Shown: positions 11,341-24,371 of the stretch, piece by piece
Layout: each line of letters opens with the position of its first letter
How positions within the stretch are numbered: the first letter of the stretch is position 1
Assembly: GCF_006345805.1 (NCBI RefSeq)
Contig: NC_043003.1
Span: forward strand, 3,782,001 to 3,846,000
From: Octopus sinensis
Lineage: Eukaryota
Direction of reading: 5' to 3'
Length of the DNA stretch: 64,000 nt
Program-made: the position numbers and the translations under genes
The notes under the pieces: model-generated
Databases searched by the model: none
Told to the model about the DNA's origin: nothing
What the model saw: only the letters and a program-made list of their open reading frames with translations

Positions 11341-12060
11341 TGCACCCCGTGTGAAAGATATCCCCCACATCATCAGTAGTTTCCCAAATGTCTACGAGAT
11401 GCTACCTGCCTGAGGGGCACGATATAGTTGCAAACACTATTTACAATGCTATGTACAGGAATACCAGTTGGTACTCACACCTTTAAAAACAAGGAATACA
11501 GGTGGAACACCGCAATAAATACATCAATTCGGTGCAAATATAACAGAACTGATATTGTTTTGTAGGACAGGGATCAAAAGTCATGCACTGTCGTAGAGGT
11601 CACCTACCCAGCGGATGTGACAGTACAATCAAAATTTCAGGGAAAAGGGAACATTTATGGCGAATTAATGCGGAATTTACTGCTCTTGTACCCTGACTTT
11701 CAATTCTCATGTGTACCTATCATCATAGGTGCATTAGGCTATGTACCAAGAAATTTGCACAAAAACCTAGAAATACTCGGTTTGACGGAGAAAGAGTCAA
11801 AGTAACTGACGGGGATTCTCCAAATCATATCTATTAGTGGTACAGTGAAGATCTGTAAGACATTCCGAATATTCTCTATCTGAGTTTCTTATGTGAATAG
11901 ATGCACACAGTCGGGTGTATGCATCGACAGCTCAACCAACGCACCAACTCAACCAAATATTTGCAAACACTGGAAACCCTCTTAACGGAACAAGTCTTGT
12001 CGCTTTATTAACAATTGGCTGAAAGCTCTTTAAAGGAAAACTTAAACTGAACTCAAAGAA
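11341..12060 (+). pseudogene. 3' continuation of the Dong/R4 LINE (zinc-knuckle region, RLE domain, 3' UTR)
   Basis: KDIPHIISS, HDIVANTIY, WNTAI..YNRTDIV..VVEVTYP..VPIIIGALG; resumes the reading interrupted at 8618. Confidence 0.88.
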
Positions 12061-12089
12061 AAATCATACATAAACACATAATGTGACAA

Positions 12090-12410
12090 CACGTGGCTTA
12101 GTGGTTAGGGCATTCGACTCACAATCGTATGGTCGTTAGTTCGATTGCCCGCGGCGCGTTGTGTTCTTGAGCAAGACACTTTATTTCACATTGCTCCAGT
12201 CAAATCGGCTGTCAAAAATGAGTTGTAGCTGCATTTCAAAAGGGCCGGCCTTGTCGCATTCTGTGTCACACTGAATCTCCCTGAGAACTACATTAAGGGT
12301 ACACATGTCTGTGAAGTACTCGGCCACTTTACACGTTAAGTTCAAGAATAGGATATTCCGTTGATCAGGTCATATAGAACGCTCTTCGTCGCAATCGACG
12401 GAGTGCCCCA
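12090..12410 (+). mobile_element. tRNA-derived SINE, family C (V-domain-like TCCTTGAGCAAGACACTT)
   Basis: A box TGGCTTAGTGG, B box GTTCGATT; colinear with the other C copies. Confidence 0.9.
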
Positions 12411-12559
12411 GCCATACACGTAATTTATTCGGAAGCATAAAACGAAATCCATCAAATGGAATATATTCTAGAGACAAAATGTTTTACATTATTTCAGTTT
12501 ATGATATTTTAGGATCAATGAAACTGAATGTGAAAATCCTTATTAATAAGAAAAGCAAA

Positions 12560-14590
12560 AATAGTGTGGAGGAGGTGGTGGTGGTGGCGGTGGTAGTGGT
12601 GGTGGTGGTTGTGGTAGTGGTGGTGGTGGTGGTGGTAGTGGTGGTGGTTGTGGTTGTGGTTGTGGTAGTGGTTGTGGTGGTGGTGGTGGTAGTGGTTGTG
12701 GTGGTGGTGGTGGTTGTGGTAGTGGTTGTGGTGGTGGTGGTGGTGGTTGTGGTTGTGGTGTGGTTGGTTGTGGTGGTGGTGGCGGTGGTGGTTGTGGTTG
12801 TGTTGTGGGTGTGGTAGTGGTTGTGGTTGTGGTGGTGGTGGTAGTGGTTGTGGGTGGTGGTGGTGGTTGGTGGTTGTGGTTGTGGTTGTGGTGGTGGTGT
12901 GGTGGTGGTGGTGGTGGTTGGTGGTAGTGGTGGGGTTGTGGTTGTGTTGTGGTTGTGGTAGTGGTGTGGTGGTGGGGGGTGGTAGTGGTGGTGGTGGTGT
13001 GGTGGGTGGTGGTTGTGTTGTGGTTGTGGTTGTGGTGGTGGTGGTGGTGGTGGTGGTGGTGGTGGTGGTAGTGGTGGTGGTTGTGGTTGTGGTGTGTGGT
13101 AGTGGTTGTGGTGGTGGTGGTGGTAGTGGTTGTGGTGGTGGTGGTGGTGTGGTAGTGGTTGTGGTGGTGGTGGTGGTGGTGGTAGTGGTGGTGGTTGTGG
13201 TGTGGTGGTGGTGGTGTGTGGTGGTGGTGGGTGGTGGTGGTTGGTGGTGGTGGTGGTGTGGTTGTGGTTGTGGTGGTGGTGGTGGTGGTGTGGGTGGTGG
13301 TGTTGTGGTTGTGGTTGGTGGTGGTGGTTGTGGTGGTGGTTGTGGTTGTGGTTGTGGTGGTGGTGGTTGTGGTTGTGGTTGTGGTGGTGGGGTGGTGGTG
13401 GTGGTGGTGGTGGTGGTAGTGGTGGTGGTTGGGTTGTGGTGTTGTGGTAGTGGTTGTGGTGGTGGTGGGTGGTGGTGGTTGTGGTGGTGTGGTGGTGGTT
13501 GGTTGTGGTAGTGGTTGTGGTGGTGGTGGTGGTGGTGGTTGGTGGTGGTGGTTGTGGTTGTGGTTGTGGTGGTGGTGGTGGTGGTGGTGGTAGTGGTGGT
13601 GGTTGTGGTTGTGGTTGTGGTAGTGGTTGTGGTGGTGGTGGTGGTGGTTGTGGTAGTGGTTGTGGTGGTGGTGGTGGTGGTGGTGGTGGTAGTGGTGGTG
13701 GTTGTGGTTGTGGTTGTGGTGGTGGTGGTGGTGGTTGTGGTAGTGGTTGTGGTGGTGGTTGTGGTTGTGGTGGTGGTGGTGGTGTGGTGGTTGTGGTAGT
13801 GGTTGTGGTGGTGGTGGTGGTTGTGGTGGTGGTGGTTGGTTGGGTTGTGGTTGTGGTTGTGGTGGTGGTGGTGGTGGTGGTGGTGGTTGTGGTGGGGTTG
13901 TGGTTGTGTGGTTGTGGTGGTGGTGGTGGTGGTTGTGGTAGTGGTTGTGGTGGTGGTTGTGGTTGTGGTTGTGGTGGTGGTGGTGGTGGTGGTGGTGGTG
14001 GTGGTGGTGGTTGTGGTAGTGGTTGTGGTGGTGGTTGTGGTTGTGGTTGTGGTGGTGGTGGTGGTTGTGGTAGGGTTGTGGTGGTGGTGGTGGTGGTGGT
14101 GGTGGTGGTGTAGTGGTGGTGGTGGTGGTGGTTGTGGTTGTGGTGGTGGTGGTAGTGGTGGTGGTTGTGGTGGTAGTGGTGGGTGGTGGTGGTGGTGGTG
14201 GTGGTGGTAGTGGTGGTGGTTGTGGTTGTGGTTGTGGTTGTGGTGGTGGTGGTGGTGGTGGTAGTGATGGTAGTGGTGGTGGTGGTGGTGGTTGTGGTTG
14301 TGGTGGTGGTGTGGTGGTGGTGGTTGTGGTGGTGGTGGTGGTGGTGGTTGTGGTTGTGGTTGTGGTGGTGGTTGTGGTTGTGGTTGTGGTGGTGGTTGTG
14401 GTTGTGGTTGTGGTTGTGGTGGTGGTTGTGGTGTGGTTGTGGTGGTGGTGGTGGTGGTGTGTGGTAGTGGTGGTGGTGTGGTTGTGGTTGTGGTTGTGGT
14501 GGTGGTGGTGGTGGTTGTGGTAGTGGTTGTGGTGGTGGTTGGTGGTGGTGTGGTGGTGGTGGTGGTGGTGGTGGTAGTGGTGGTGGAGGA
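12560..14590. repeat. About 2-kb compound (GGT/GTT/GTA)n microsatellite
   Basis: Direct inspection; contains phase slips. Confidence 0.97.
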
Positions 14591-14794
14591 GAATCAATGC
14601 AACTGGTTCGTTGTCTAAGTATTTATTTGGAATACAAACTAATTCTTCAGTTTCTATGAAGAGATATGCAAAATAATTCGGTAATTATGGTAATAAAGAT
14701 CCTAATTAGCGTACATTGATAAAACTAAATTCTATTTCCTCTGTTTGTGTGCGCGCGCGCGTGCGAGTGTGCCATGTATATACATATGTGAGTA

Positions 14795-14846
<52 letters not shown>

Positions 14847-15019
14847 TATATATACACATATACATATATATTTACATATATATATATATATATGTTTATA
14901 CACACACACACACGTATTGTGTGTATGTATGTATGTATGTCTATATAATGTATGTATTGATATTTAACAGAATTAACAGAGTGACTCATGGCCCGAGAGT
15001 TTCGTGCATTATCTCTCTT

Positions 15020-15345
<326 letters not shown>

Positions 15346-15346
15346 T

Positions 15347-15377
<31 letters not shown>

Positions 15378-15391
15378 CATATATATATATA

Positions 15392-15475
<84 letters not shown>

Positions 15476-15695
15476 ATATATATATATATTATATATAATA
15501 TATATATATATATAGATAAATTAGAAATAAAATCACCTTTTATCAATTCATTAATGAAAAATCAAAATATACCATCTAGAAAATTGCATATTATAGAAAG
15601 ATTAAATATAAGGTAAAACATACAACAATGATTAAGTAATGTGCAAAACAATAAATAAAACGTATATATATATATATTTCTGTTCTATCTTAACG

Positions 15696-15740
15696 AAACT
15701 GTCCGACGAACGGGAACGTGAAACTCTGAGTAACAGCTTT
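15696..15740 (+). ncRNA. Minimal type I hammerhead motif, U4C variant, palindromic stem III
   Basis: aaaCTGT CCGACGA ACG ggaa CGT GAAA CTC t GAG TA ACAGcttt. Confidence 0.75.
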
Positions 15741-15888
15741 TGTTACATTTCTGCTGCTTTTAAATAAAGTATATATATATATATATATATATAAAGTTAA
15801 TCCAAACAAGAATGTACAAAAACACAACAACGCCAGGAGGTGGAACAAATAAAGTATTATTGGACGCTCAGGAAAGAAGGGAAGGAGG

Positions 15889-15923
15889 GTTTAACGTTTC
15901 GAGCGGAGCTCTTCGTCGGAAAC
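15889..15923 (-). ncRNA. Minimal type I hammerhead motif, U4C plus extra A
   Basis: Minus strand GTTT CCGACGA A GAGC tcc GCTC GAAA CG TT AAAC. Confidence 0.7.
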
Positions 15924-16108
15924 AAAGGAGAAGGAAAGATCCCGAGAAGGGAAGGCAGAGGAAAAAAATTGCTGGCGGTGCTCACGAGGTCACATGTTGA
16001 AAGCCTATATATATACATATATATATATATATATTGTGGTGCTATTAAGTTAGACATGGCCTGGACCAATCATTGGTCGAAACATATCTAACTTTATCTA
16101 AGTTTATG

Positions 16109-16172
<64 letters not shown>

Positions 16173-16442
16173 CATATCTGTATGTACGTTGTATTTAAAA
16201 ATCTATGAGAATTACTTAATGCAGTTTTTGAAGAGTAAGGGTTATTCATTTTTTTTTAATTATTAAAAAAATGTTATGAAATATTTTATGAGGATGTTTT
16301 TTTCTAGTGTGTGAGCGCTATGTGTGTGTGTGTGTGTTAGTGTGTGTGTGTAGTGTGTGTGTGTACGTGTGTGTGTGTGTGTGTACGTGTGTGTATATGA
16401 TATATCATTTAGTGTAATTTTTCTTACTATAATTTTCCTTAC

Positions 16443-16596
16443 AGGTGCTGAGTGGTAAGAAGCTTCTTTCACAGCCACATGGATCCTGGTTCAGTCCCAC
16501 TGCATGTCACCCAGGGTAAGTGTCTTCTACTATAGCCACGGGCCGATCAGAACCTTGTGAGTAGATTTGGTAGACGGAAACTGAAAGAAGCCCGTC

Positions 16597-16648
<52 letters not shown>

Positions 16649-16850
16649 GTATGTAACCTCGCCATCACTTGACAACCAATGTTGGTGTGTTTACGTCCCC
16701 GTAACTTAGCGGTTCAGCAAAAGAGGCTGACAGAATAAATGCTAGGTTTACAAAGAATAACTCCTAGGGTCGAATTGTTCGACTAAAGGCGGTGCTCCAG
16801 CTTGGCCGCAGTCAAATGACTGAAACAAATAAATGGTAAAAGATAAAGGA
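16443..16850 (+). mobile_element. SINE family B, full length
   Basis: Colinear with the other B copies. Confidence 0.9.
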
Positions 16851-17185
16851 TGATACATAAAGCTTGTAATTCCATAGTAATCTTCATAGATATCGACTTT
16901 TAACAGGTGAGTCTATCTTCTATAAATTGGTTTGTACTTAACGACATTGCAAAGGAAAATGCAACTTTTTTTTATCTTGACAACGAACATCGATCTGCGT
17001 CGATTCCTCCAAACAGAAGTCGATAACTTAACAGCGTCTGATAAAAATACGTCTCGCTGCCATCGACATTCTGGTATGAGAATAACAAATTTGTCTTCGA
17101 CAAAAGCAGATTAATGTCAAATTGTTTCCGTCATAAACGAACATGAAATCAAACATTAATATGTATGTGTGTGTGTGTGTGGTGT

Positions 17186-17231
<46 letters not shown>

Positions 17232-17304
17232 TGTGTGTGTGTGTGTATATAGACAAACACACTTACGAATTATATATATATATATATAAATAAATATATG
17301 TATA

Positions 17305-17343
<39 letters not shown>

Positions 17344-17457
17344 TATATATTATATATATATATTATATATATAGTTGTAATTTTAAAAAAAAGACGAAGA
17401 GAAGTGTGTAAACATCAAACAGGTGTATTAGTTTAACGCTCAGGAAGGTGAGAAAAT

Positions 17458-17493
17458 CTTTTACGTTTCGAGCCGACGCTCTTCAACAGAAAG
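17458..17493 (-). ncRNA. Minimal type I hammerhead motif, A6U variant
   Basis: Minus strand CTTT CTGTTGA A GAGC gtcg GCTC GAAA CG TA AAAG. Confidence 0.65.
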
Positions 17494-17555
17494 GAATAAG
17501 AGAAAATAAACAGAGAGAGAATAAATATATAATATATATATGTATATAATATATA

Positions 17556-17606
<51 letters not shown>

Positions 17607-17655
17607 CATCCATCCATCCATCCATCCATAGATACATACATACATATACATATAC

Positions 17656-17688
<33 letters not shown>

Positions 17689-17690
17689 TG

Positions 17691-17724
<34 letters not shown>

Positions 17725-18062
17725 TGTATGTATGTATCTAGACCGAAGGTTCCTTCATAGGAATTACAACATAAACAACAGGGTATTTTTGTTTGTATGT
17801 ATGCAACCTGTCTTAGCATTATGTGCCAACTTTATACGGGTATAGGCATGGCTGTGTGCTAAGAAGCTTGCTTCCTAACCACGTGGTTCCGGGTTCAGTC
17901 CTGCTACGTCGCATGCTAGTCAAGTGTCTTTTGCTATAGCCTCAACCGAAACAATAAGCCTTGTGAGTGGATTTGGTAGACAGAAACTGATATATATATA
18001 TATATATATATGTTATTTTTTATTTATTGTTGCAGCCTTTGTTGCAATCATCGAAAGAGTGA

Positions 18063-18385
18063 AGGTGCGTGGCTTAGTGGTCAGGGTATTCGGCTCAGGA
18101 TCGTAAGGTTGTGAGTTCTATTCCCGGCGACACGCTGTGTCCTTGAGCAAGACACTTTTTTTCTCCATGCTGGTCCGGTCCATTCCGCTACCCCAAAATG
18201 AGTTGTACCTGTATTTCAAAGGGCCAGCCTCGTCTCATTCTACGTCACATGAATCTACCCTAGAAAAACGCTAAAGGTACACGAGTCTGTGGTGTACTCA
18301 GCCACTTGTAGGTTAATTTCAAGAGCAGGCTGTTCCGTTGATCGGATCAACTGCAACCCCAGTTGTTGTAACTGAGGGAGTGCCA
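18063..18385 (+). mobile_element. SINE family C
   Basis: Colinear with 12090-12410. Confidence 0.88.
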
Positions 18386-18620
18386 GAATGGAAAAGAAAA
18401 AACCCATCAAAAGCTTACAAAGATTTGATCCATATTCCTCAAATTTGAAAACACAACGTGAAACGGTTGTCGCTGATGTTATATTCTTTTCTACTCTAGG
18501 CACAAAGCCCGAAATTTTTGAAGAGGGGGCCAGTCGATTAGATCGAGCCCAGCATGCAACTAGTACTAAATTTATCGACCCCGAATTTATTATTATTAAT
18601 AATAATAATAATAATAATAA

Positions 18621-18669
<49 letters not shown>

Positions 18670-18818
18670 CTATTATTATTATTGGCTTTGCACAGCTTCT
18701 AACGCTGGAGATGTACTACAGTGTCAGCTGTTCACTACCAGTGAACCAAGGTAACACCTCTTATTTTTCGAGCACCTTCAGGAGTATTCGAGCGGTTCCA
18801 AGCAGTTCTGTTTTCTGG

Positions 18819-19286
18819 AAAGTCGACCTCGGCGGAATTTGAACTCAGAACGTAGCGGCAGACGAAATACCTATTTCTCTACTACCCACAAGGGGCCAAA
18901 CACAGAGAGGACAAACAAGGACAGATAAACGGATTAAGTCGATTAGATCGACCCCAGTGCGTAACTGGTACTTATTTAATCGAGCCCGAAAGGATGAAAG
19001 GCAAAGACGACCTCTGCGGAATTTGAACTCAGAACGTAGCGGCAGACGAAATACCTATTTCTTTACTACCCACAAGGGGCCAAACACAGAGAGGACAAAC
19101 AAGGACAGATAAACGGATTAAGTCGATTAGATCGACCCCAGTGCGTAACTGGTACTTATTTAATCGAGCCCGAAAGGATAAAAGGCAAAGACGACCTCTG
19201 CGGAATTTGAACTCAGAACGTAGCGGCAGACGAAATACTGCAAAGCATTTCGCCCGGCGTGCTAACGTTTCTGCCAGCTCGCCGCC
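18819..19286 (-). mobile_element. SINE family A head-to-tail array (184-bp period, one head)
   Basis: Tail AAAGAAATA joins the internal GGTATTTCGTC twice (18870, 19054). Confidence 0.92.
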
Positions 19287-19459
19287 GATGTTATAAATAT
19301 TTCAATAGGAATATTCCAAGGTGACAATCTATCTGTATTTCGGTTTGTTTTGGCCCTAAATCCAATATCATGTATTCTTCAAATATCCACTGACTCTGCC
19401 CTAGCGTCGGCAATAGCACACACAAGAAAACAAAAAAAAAACAAACAAAAAAAACATCT

Positions 19460-19783
19460 AGCCCTCCGTCGGTTACGACGACGAGCGTTCCTGTTGATCC
19501 GATCATCGGAAGAGCTTAATCGTGAAATTGACATGCAAGTGGCTGAGTGCTCCTCAGACACATCATGTGCCCCTATCATAGATCTCAGAGAGATACAGCA
19601 TGACACAGAATGTGACAAGGCTATCCCCTTTGGAATTACAGGTACTATTCGTTTTTGTCCACACAGTAACTGGATAAACGTAAAATAAAGTGTCTTGATA
19701 AGGAACACAACGCGCTGCCGGGAATCGAACCGACGACCTTACTTTCGTGAGCCGAATACCCTACCCGCTAAGCCACGCGCCTT
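19460..19783 (-). mobile_element. SINE family C
   Basis: Reverse complement of the C consensus. Confidence 0.88.
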
Positions 19784-20136
19784 CACTTCCGCGATAGCAA
19801 GAGATATTAACGTTACTCATGCGTTCTTTGCAGACGATTTAAAGCTGTAGAGTAACATGAGAAAGAATTGCTACAGCTGAGCCGTTCATTAATAGAAAAG
19901 AACCAATATGGCAGACGTCGTGCATTATTTTGCTGAGAATGACTCCGGGTGGGGGCGCTGCAGTAAGCCAAAGATGGAGATGGAGGCGGTCGGCAGCTTT
20001 CTGGGTGGGAGATCCTGACTTAACGAACTGCTTTGTGAGAGAAGATTCGAGAAGATGGTGAAGGCATTAGAGACATTTGTCACTAACACCATTGACTGGA
20101 TCCTCAAGCTTGAAATAACACGTCTCGTATCTTACA

Positions 20137-20455
20137 TGACGGGTAAAATGCTTAGCGGCATTTCGTCCGTCTTTACGTTCTGAGTTCAAATTCCACCGAG
20201 GTCGACTTTGCCTTTCATCCTTTCGGGGTCGATAAATTAAGTACCAGTTACGCACTGAGGTCGATATAATCGACTTAATCCGTTTGTCTGTCCATGTTTG
20301 TCCCCTCTGTGTTTAGCCCCTTGTGGGTAGTAAAGAAATAGATATTTTGCCTATCTTTATGTTCTGGGTTCAAATTCCGCTGGGATCAACCTAATCGACT
20401 TGCTCCCACCACCCCTGAAATTGCTGGCCCTGTGTCAAAATTTGAAATCGATATG
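20137..20455 (+). mobile_element. SINE family A, 5'-truncated, fused to an older A fragment
   Basis: Tail gaaata followed by gatattttgcc..ctgggttcaaattcc. Confidence 0.8.
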
Positions 20456-20799
20456 TGTATTTGTGATTAAAGGTAATTTGCATATCAATATGTGATGTTA
20501 TTTTATAAAAAAAATTACATCTGAATTTATTGAATTTTTTCTCTTCTTTTTTTGCTTCAGATTTGAATTATTTAACATCAAAAATGTCATCTGAGCTTCT
20601 GAAATATTTGGAAGGAGGCCACACCTACGCCGACTTTACTCAGTTGTTTGGCGAGGGTGGTCTCCTTCGATATTGTTATCATTATTATTACTATTACTAT
20701 TATTAGTGAGCATAAATTAAGTACCAGTTACGCACTGGGGTCGATGCAATCGACTATCACCTCCCCCAAATTTCAGGTCTTGTGCCTGTAGTAGAAAGG

Positions 20800-20866
<67 letters not shown>

Positions 20867-21201
20867 TATTATTATTATTATTATTATTATCATTATTATT
20901 ATTGTTATTATTATTATTATTAATTTTACTTGATTCAGTCATTAGACTGCAGCCATGCTGGGGTTTCTGTCTTGAAGAACTTTTAGTCAAACGAATCGAC
21001 TCCAATGCCTATTTATTTATTCATTTGTAAGCTTATAGTCTTTGTGTATGTGTGTGTATGTGTGTGTGTGTCGGTGTGTGTGTGTCGGTGTGTCGGTGTT
21101 TGTACCTGTGTGTGTGTGTGTCTGTGTTGTGTGTGTTGTGGGTGTGTATGACCAAATAAGTACCAAGATTTGGTAACACACACCCACAACACACACACAC
21201 A

Positions 21202-21232
<31 letters not shown>

Positions 21233-21587
21233 TTCACAAAGAATATAAGTGAGGTTTAGGAATTCACGGCAGCCGTTTCAGAAGCATTTTCTTAATTGAT
21301 GAAATCGATTATTTCAATGAATTCTTCATTAAAAAGAAAAGAAGACCTGCCCCCCCCCCCCCCGCCACCAGTCAGGTGATTTTTTTTAATGAATAAACAT
21401 GAAGGTATGTAAAGAATTTGAGTTGACCTGCATAGCCACAATGCATTTCGCATCGTTTCTCCTTTCGCTTGATGACAGCCTGCTGGGTAGACAGGTAGGT
21501 CAACACCCCGGGTGCACATGAACACCAGGCCATCTCAAGGACAATGAGTGGATTGCAGCAATGTGAAATAAGGTGTTTCGCTGAAGA

Positions 21588-21910
21588 AGGTGCGTGGTTC
21601 AGTGGTTAGGGCATTCGGCTCACAATCGTAAGTTTATGAGTTCGATTCCCGGCGGCGTGTTATGTCCTTGAGCAAGACACTTTATTCCGCGTTGCCCCAG
21701 TCCACTCAGCTGGTAAAAACGAGTTGTATCTGTATTTGAAAGTGCCAGCCTTGTCACACTCTGTGTCACGCTGAATCTCCCTGAGAACTATGTTAAGGGT
21801 ACACGTGTCTGCGGAGTACTCAGCCACTTGCATGTTACTTTCACGGACAGGATGTCCTGTTGATCGGATCAACTGGGACCCCCGTCGTCGTAAGCGGCGG
21901 AGTGCCAGCG
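21588..21910 (+). mobile_element. SINE family C
   Basis: Colinear with the other C copies. Confidence 0.88.
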
Positions 21911-22499
21911 TGTGTATGTGTGTGGTGTGCGTGTGTATGTGGTGTATATGAGTGTATGTGTGTGGTGTGCATGTGCGTGTGATGTGTGTGCGTGTGTGTA
22001 TGTGTGTATGTGTGTGTGGTGTGCATGTGTGTGTGATGTGTGTGTGTATGTGTGTATGTGTGTTTGGTATGCATGTGTGTGTGATGTGTGTGTGGTGTGC
22101 ATGTGTGTGTGGTGTGCATGTGTGTGGTGTGTGTGTACGTTACTCTGTGTGTGTTTGTGTGTGTGTGGTGTGTGTGTACGTTACTGTGTGTGTGTGTGTG
22201 GTGTGTGGTGTGTGTGTATGTTACTGTGTGTGTGTGTGTGTGTGTGAAAAGGAGAGGAAATATTTGCATAGTCAAGTTGTGATCAGGCCACTTGTAACGA
22301 CAATGTCTCTCTGATCCTGTAAGCCAATGTGTTCTTTTTTAAAAGAACGCTAGCAATGAGCTGAGGGGTGATTTCACTATTATTTCTAGCAGAGTGACTC
22401 CCTCAAACGCCGAGTGTTGAAACAGCTGAAAGTCATGGACAGGCGAGACATCTTGTAGCGTACTAAGGCCGTTTCTTTGGCAGCAAAGTTAAGCTTTCT

Positions 22500-24340
22500 T
22501 CAACTTCCCCAAAGAAACTGCCTCGTTACGCTAAATTCCTCGAATCAAAATCAGTGCGCGATCTGGGAGTCGACATAAGTAATGATGCGTCCCTCACAGG
22601 AAACCCAATAAGGTTAAGTGAAATACTGAACGAACAGTTCAAACGTGTTTGCTCTATGCCTTTGGGACTCAGGCAAGTAAAGGAACCAGCGGAGTTCTTT
22701 GCCACTTCACTTGTAACCAAGGAGACGATAATAACTGACTCCATTGAAGTAAAGAAGATGTAATTCTGGCTCATAGATGTGGTAGACGCAATCCTTTCCC
22801 AGCAATCCTTTTGAAATCATACAATCGTGTCCTAGCAAAACCACTGCAGCTTCTTTTTCAGAGCTTCCTTGCAAGTGGTAAGCTCCTAGGCAAACTGAAG
22901 GAGGGAATAATATGCCCTATCCACAAAGGAGAATGCAGAGCTGATGCTAAAAATTATTGGTCTATCTATCTGACATTACACATAAGCAAAGTCATGGAAC
23001 GAATAATCCGCAGGAAACTAATTGCGTTCCTTGAAGAGAATGATTTGTTGACTGACACCCGGCACGGTTGAGGCTGTCTGACACAGTTCTTACAGTACTA
23101 CGACTGAGGTTCAAGCTCAACAACTCAAATATGAACGACGTGATGTATGTCGACTTTGCAAAGCCTTTGATGAAGTCGACCATGGGATAATATGTCACAA
23201 ATTGCGTATTCTCGGAATAGTCGGAGCGTAGCTACACGACTTTAGCAGGCATGGTGGCCAACAGAGCCCCCTGTAAGGAAAAACAGATAGCGAGTGGTGT
23301 TCTGCAAGACATTGTTTTGGGGCCACTGTTATTCATAATGGCCCTTTCAGATATACCGTCAGTTGCTCGCATAGCCATTCTTGCTGGCTATACAGATGAT
23401 ACAGAAGTCACTCAGAGGATATAGAACCATGGAAATATTGCGCAATGGGAACGGGACGCAATATACAGCTGGGCTGAGGACAATAACATGCAGTTTAATG
23501 CTGGAAAATTCCAAGACTTGCGTTACCAGAACACACAGCTGAATGAAATGCAGACAGGATACACTGCGTCAGAAGGGATTGCATTCCCTGAATCAAAATC
23601 AGTGCAGACCTGTGCAGTGACATGAGTAATGATGCATCTTTCCTGGTGCATATTATTAATTTAGTAATCAAATGCAGACAGAAGGCGGCAAGCTGGCAGA
23701 AACGTTAGAACGCCGGGCGAAATGCTTAGCGGTATTTCGTCTGCCGCTACGTTCTGAGTTCAAATTCCGCCGAGGTCGACTTTGCCTTTCATCCTTTTGA
23801 GATCGATTAAATAAGTACCAGTTACGCACTGGGGTCGATATAATCAACATAAACCGTTTGTCTGTCCTTGTTTATCCTCTCTGTGTTTAGCCCCTTGTGG
23901 GTAGTAAAGAAATAGGTATTTCGTCTGTCTTTACGTTCTGAGTTCAAATTCCGCCGAAGTCGATCTTGCCTTTCATCCTTTCAAGGTCGATAAATTAAGT
24001 ATCAGTTGCGTAATGGTGTCGATCTAATCGACTGGCCCCCCTCTCCCAAAATTTCGGGCCTTGTGCCTAGAGTAGAAAAGAATAAACTGCAAACAGTTAG
24101 CCGTATGGAACAACAGAACTTTCAAAACGAGAGAACAGGGAACCATGATGGTCATGTGGAAGACACATGTCTTCAGTCACTTAGACTGCTGCTGCCACCT
24201 GTGGTCACTAGACAGTATGAAATTAACGGTGGAACTCGAAGCAATCCACCGAAGCTATACAGAAAAAGAAAAATCGTCTCAATGCAATATGTCAGCCACT
24301 GTGAAAGGCCAAACTCTTTACGAAGGTGAACAGACAATAT
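22500..24340 (+). pseudogene. CR1-type LINE reverse transcriptase, degenerate, interrupted by SINE A
   Basis: CPIHKG..KNY..SKVMERII, VDFAKAFDEVDHGI, SGVLQDIVLGPLLFI, YTDDT, VFSHLD..LWS. Confidence 0.85.
23684..24084 (+). mobile_element. SINE family A dimer (tail of the first unit joined at the internal GGTAT, second unit with a different tail)
   Basis: Junction aaagaaata|ggtatttcgtc at 23915. Confidence 0.9.
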
Positions 24341-24371
24341 CCAGTGCGATTGGAATAGACTGGTTCTTGGT

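Noticed and set aside
12090-12165. SINE heads as genuine tRNA genes (also 19705-19783, 21588-21660, 60340-60412)
   Set aside because: A and B boxes are present but the cloverleaf stems are broken, and each head continues into a multi-copy SINE body.
12543-14597. 684-aa His/Pro/Thr-rich ORF on the minus strand
   Set aside because: The CAC/ACC/CCA, AAC and TAC-type repeats almost never create stops on this strand, and the composition flips at each phase slip. It is a microsatellite artefact, not a mucin or extensin.
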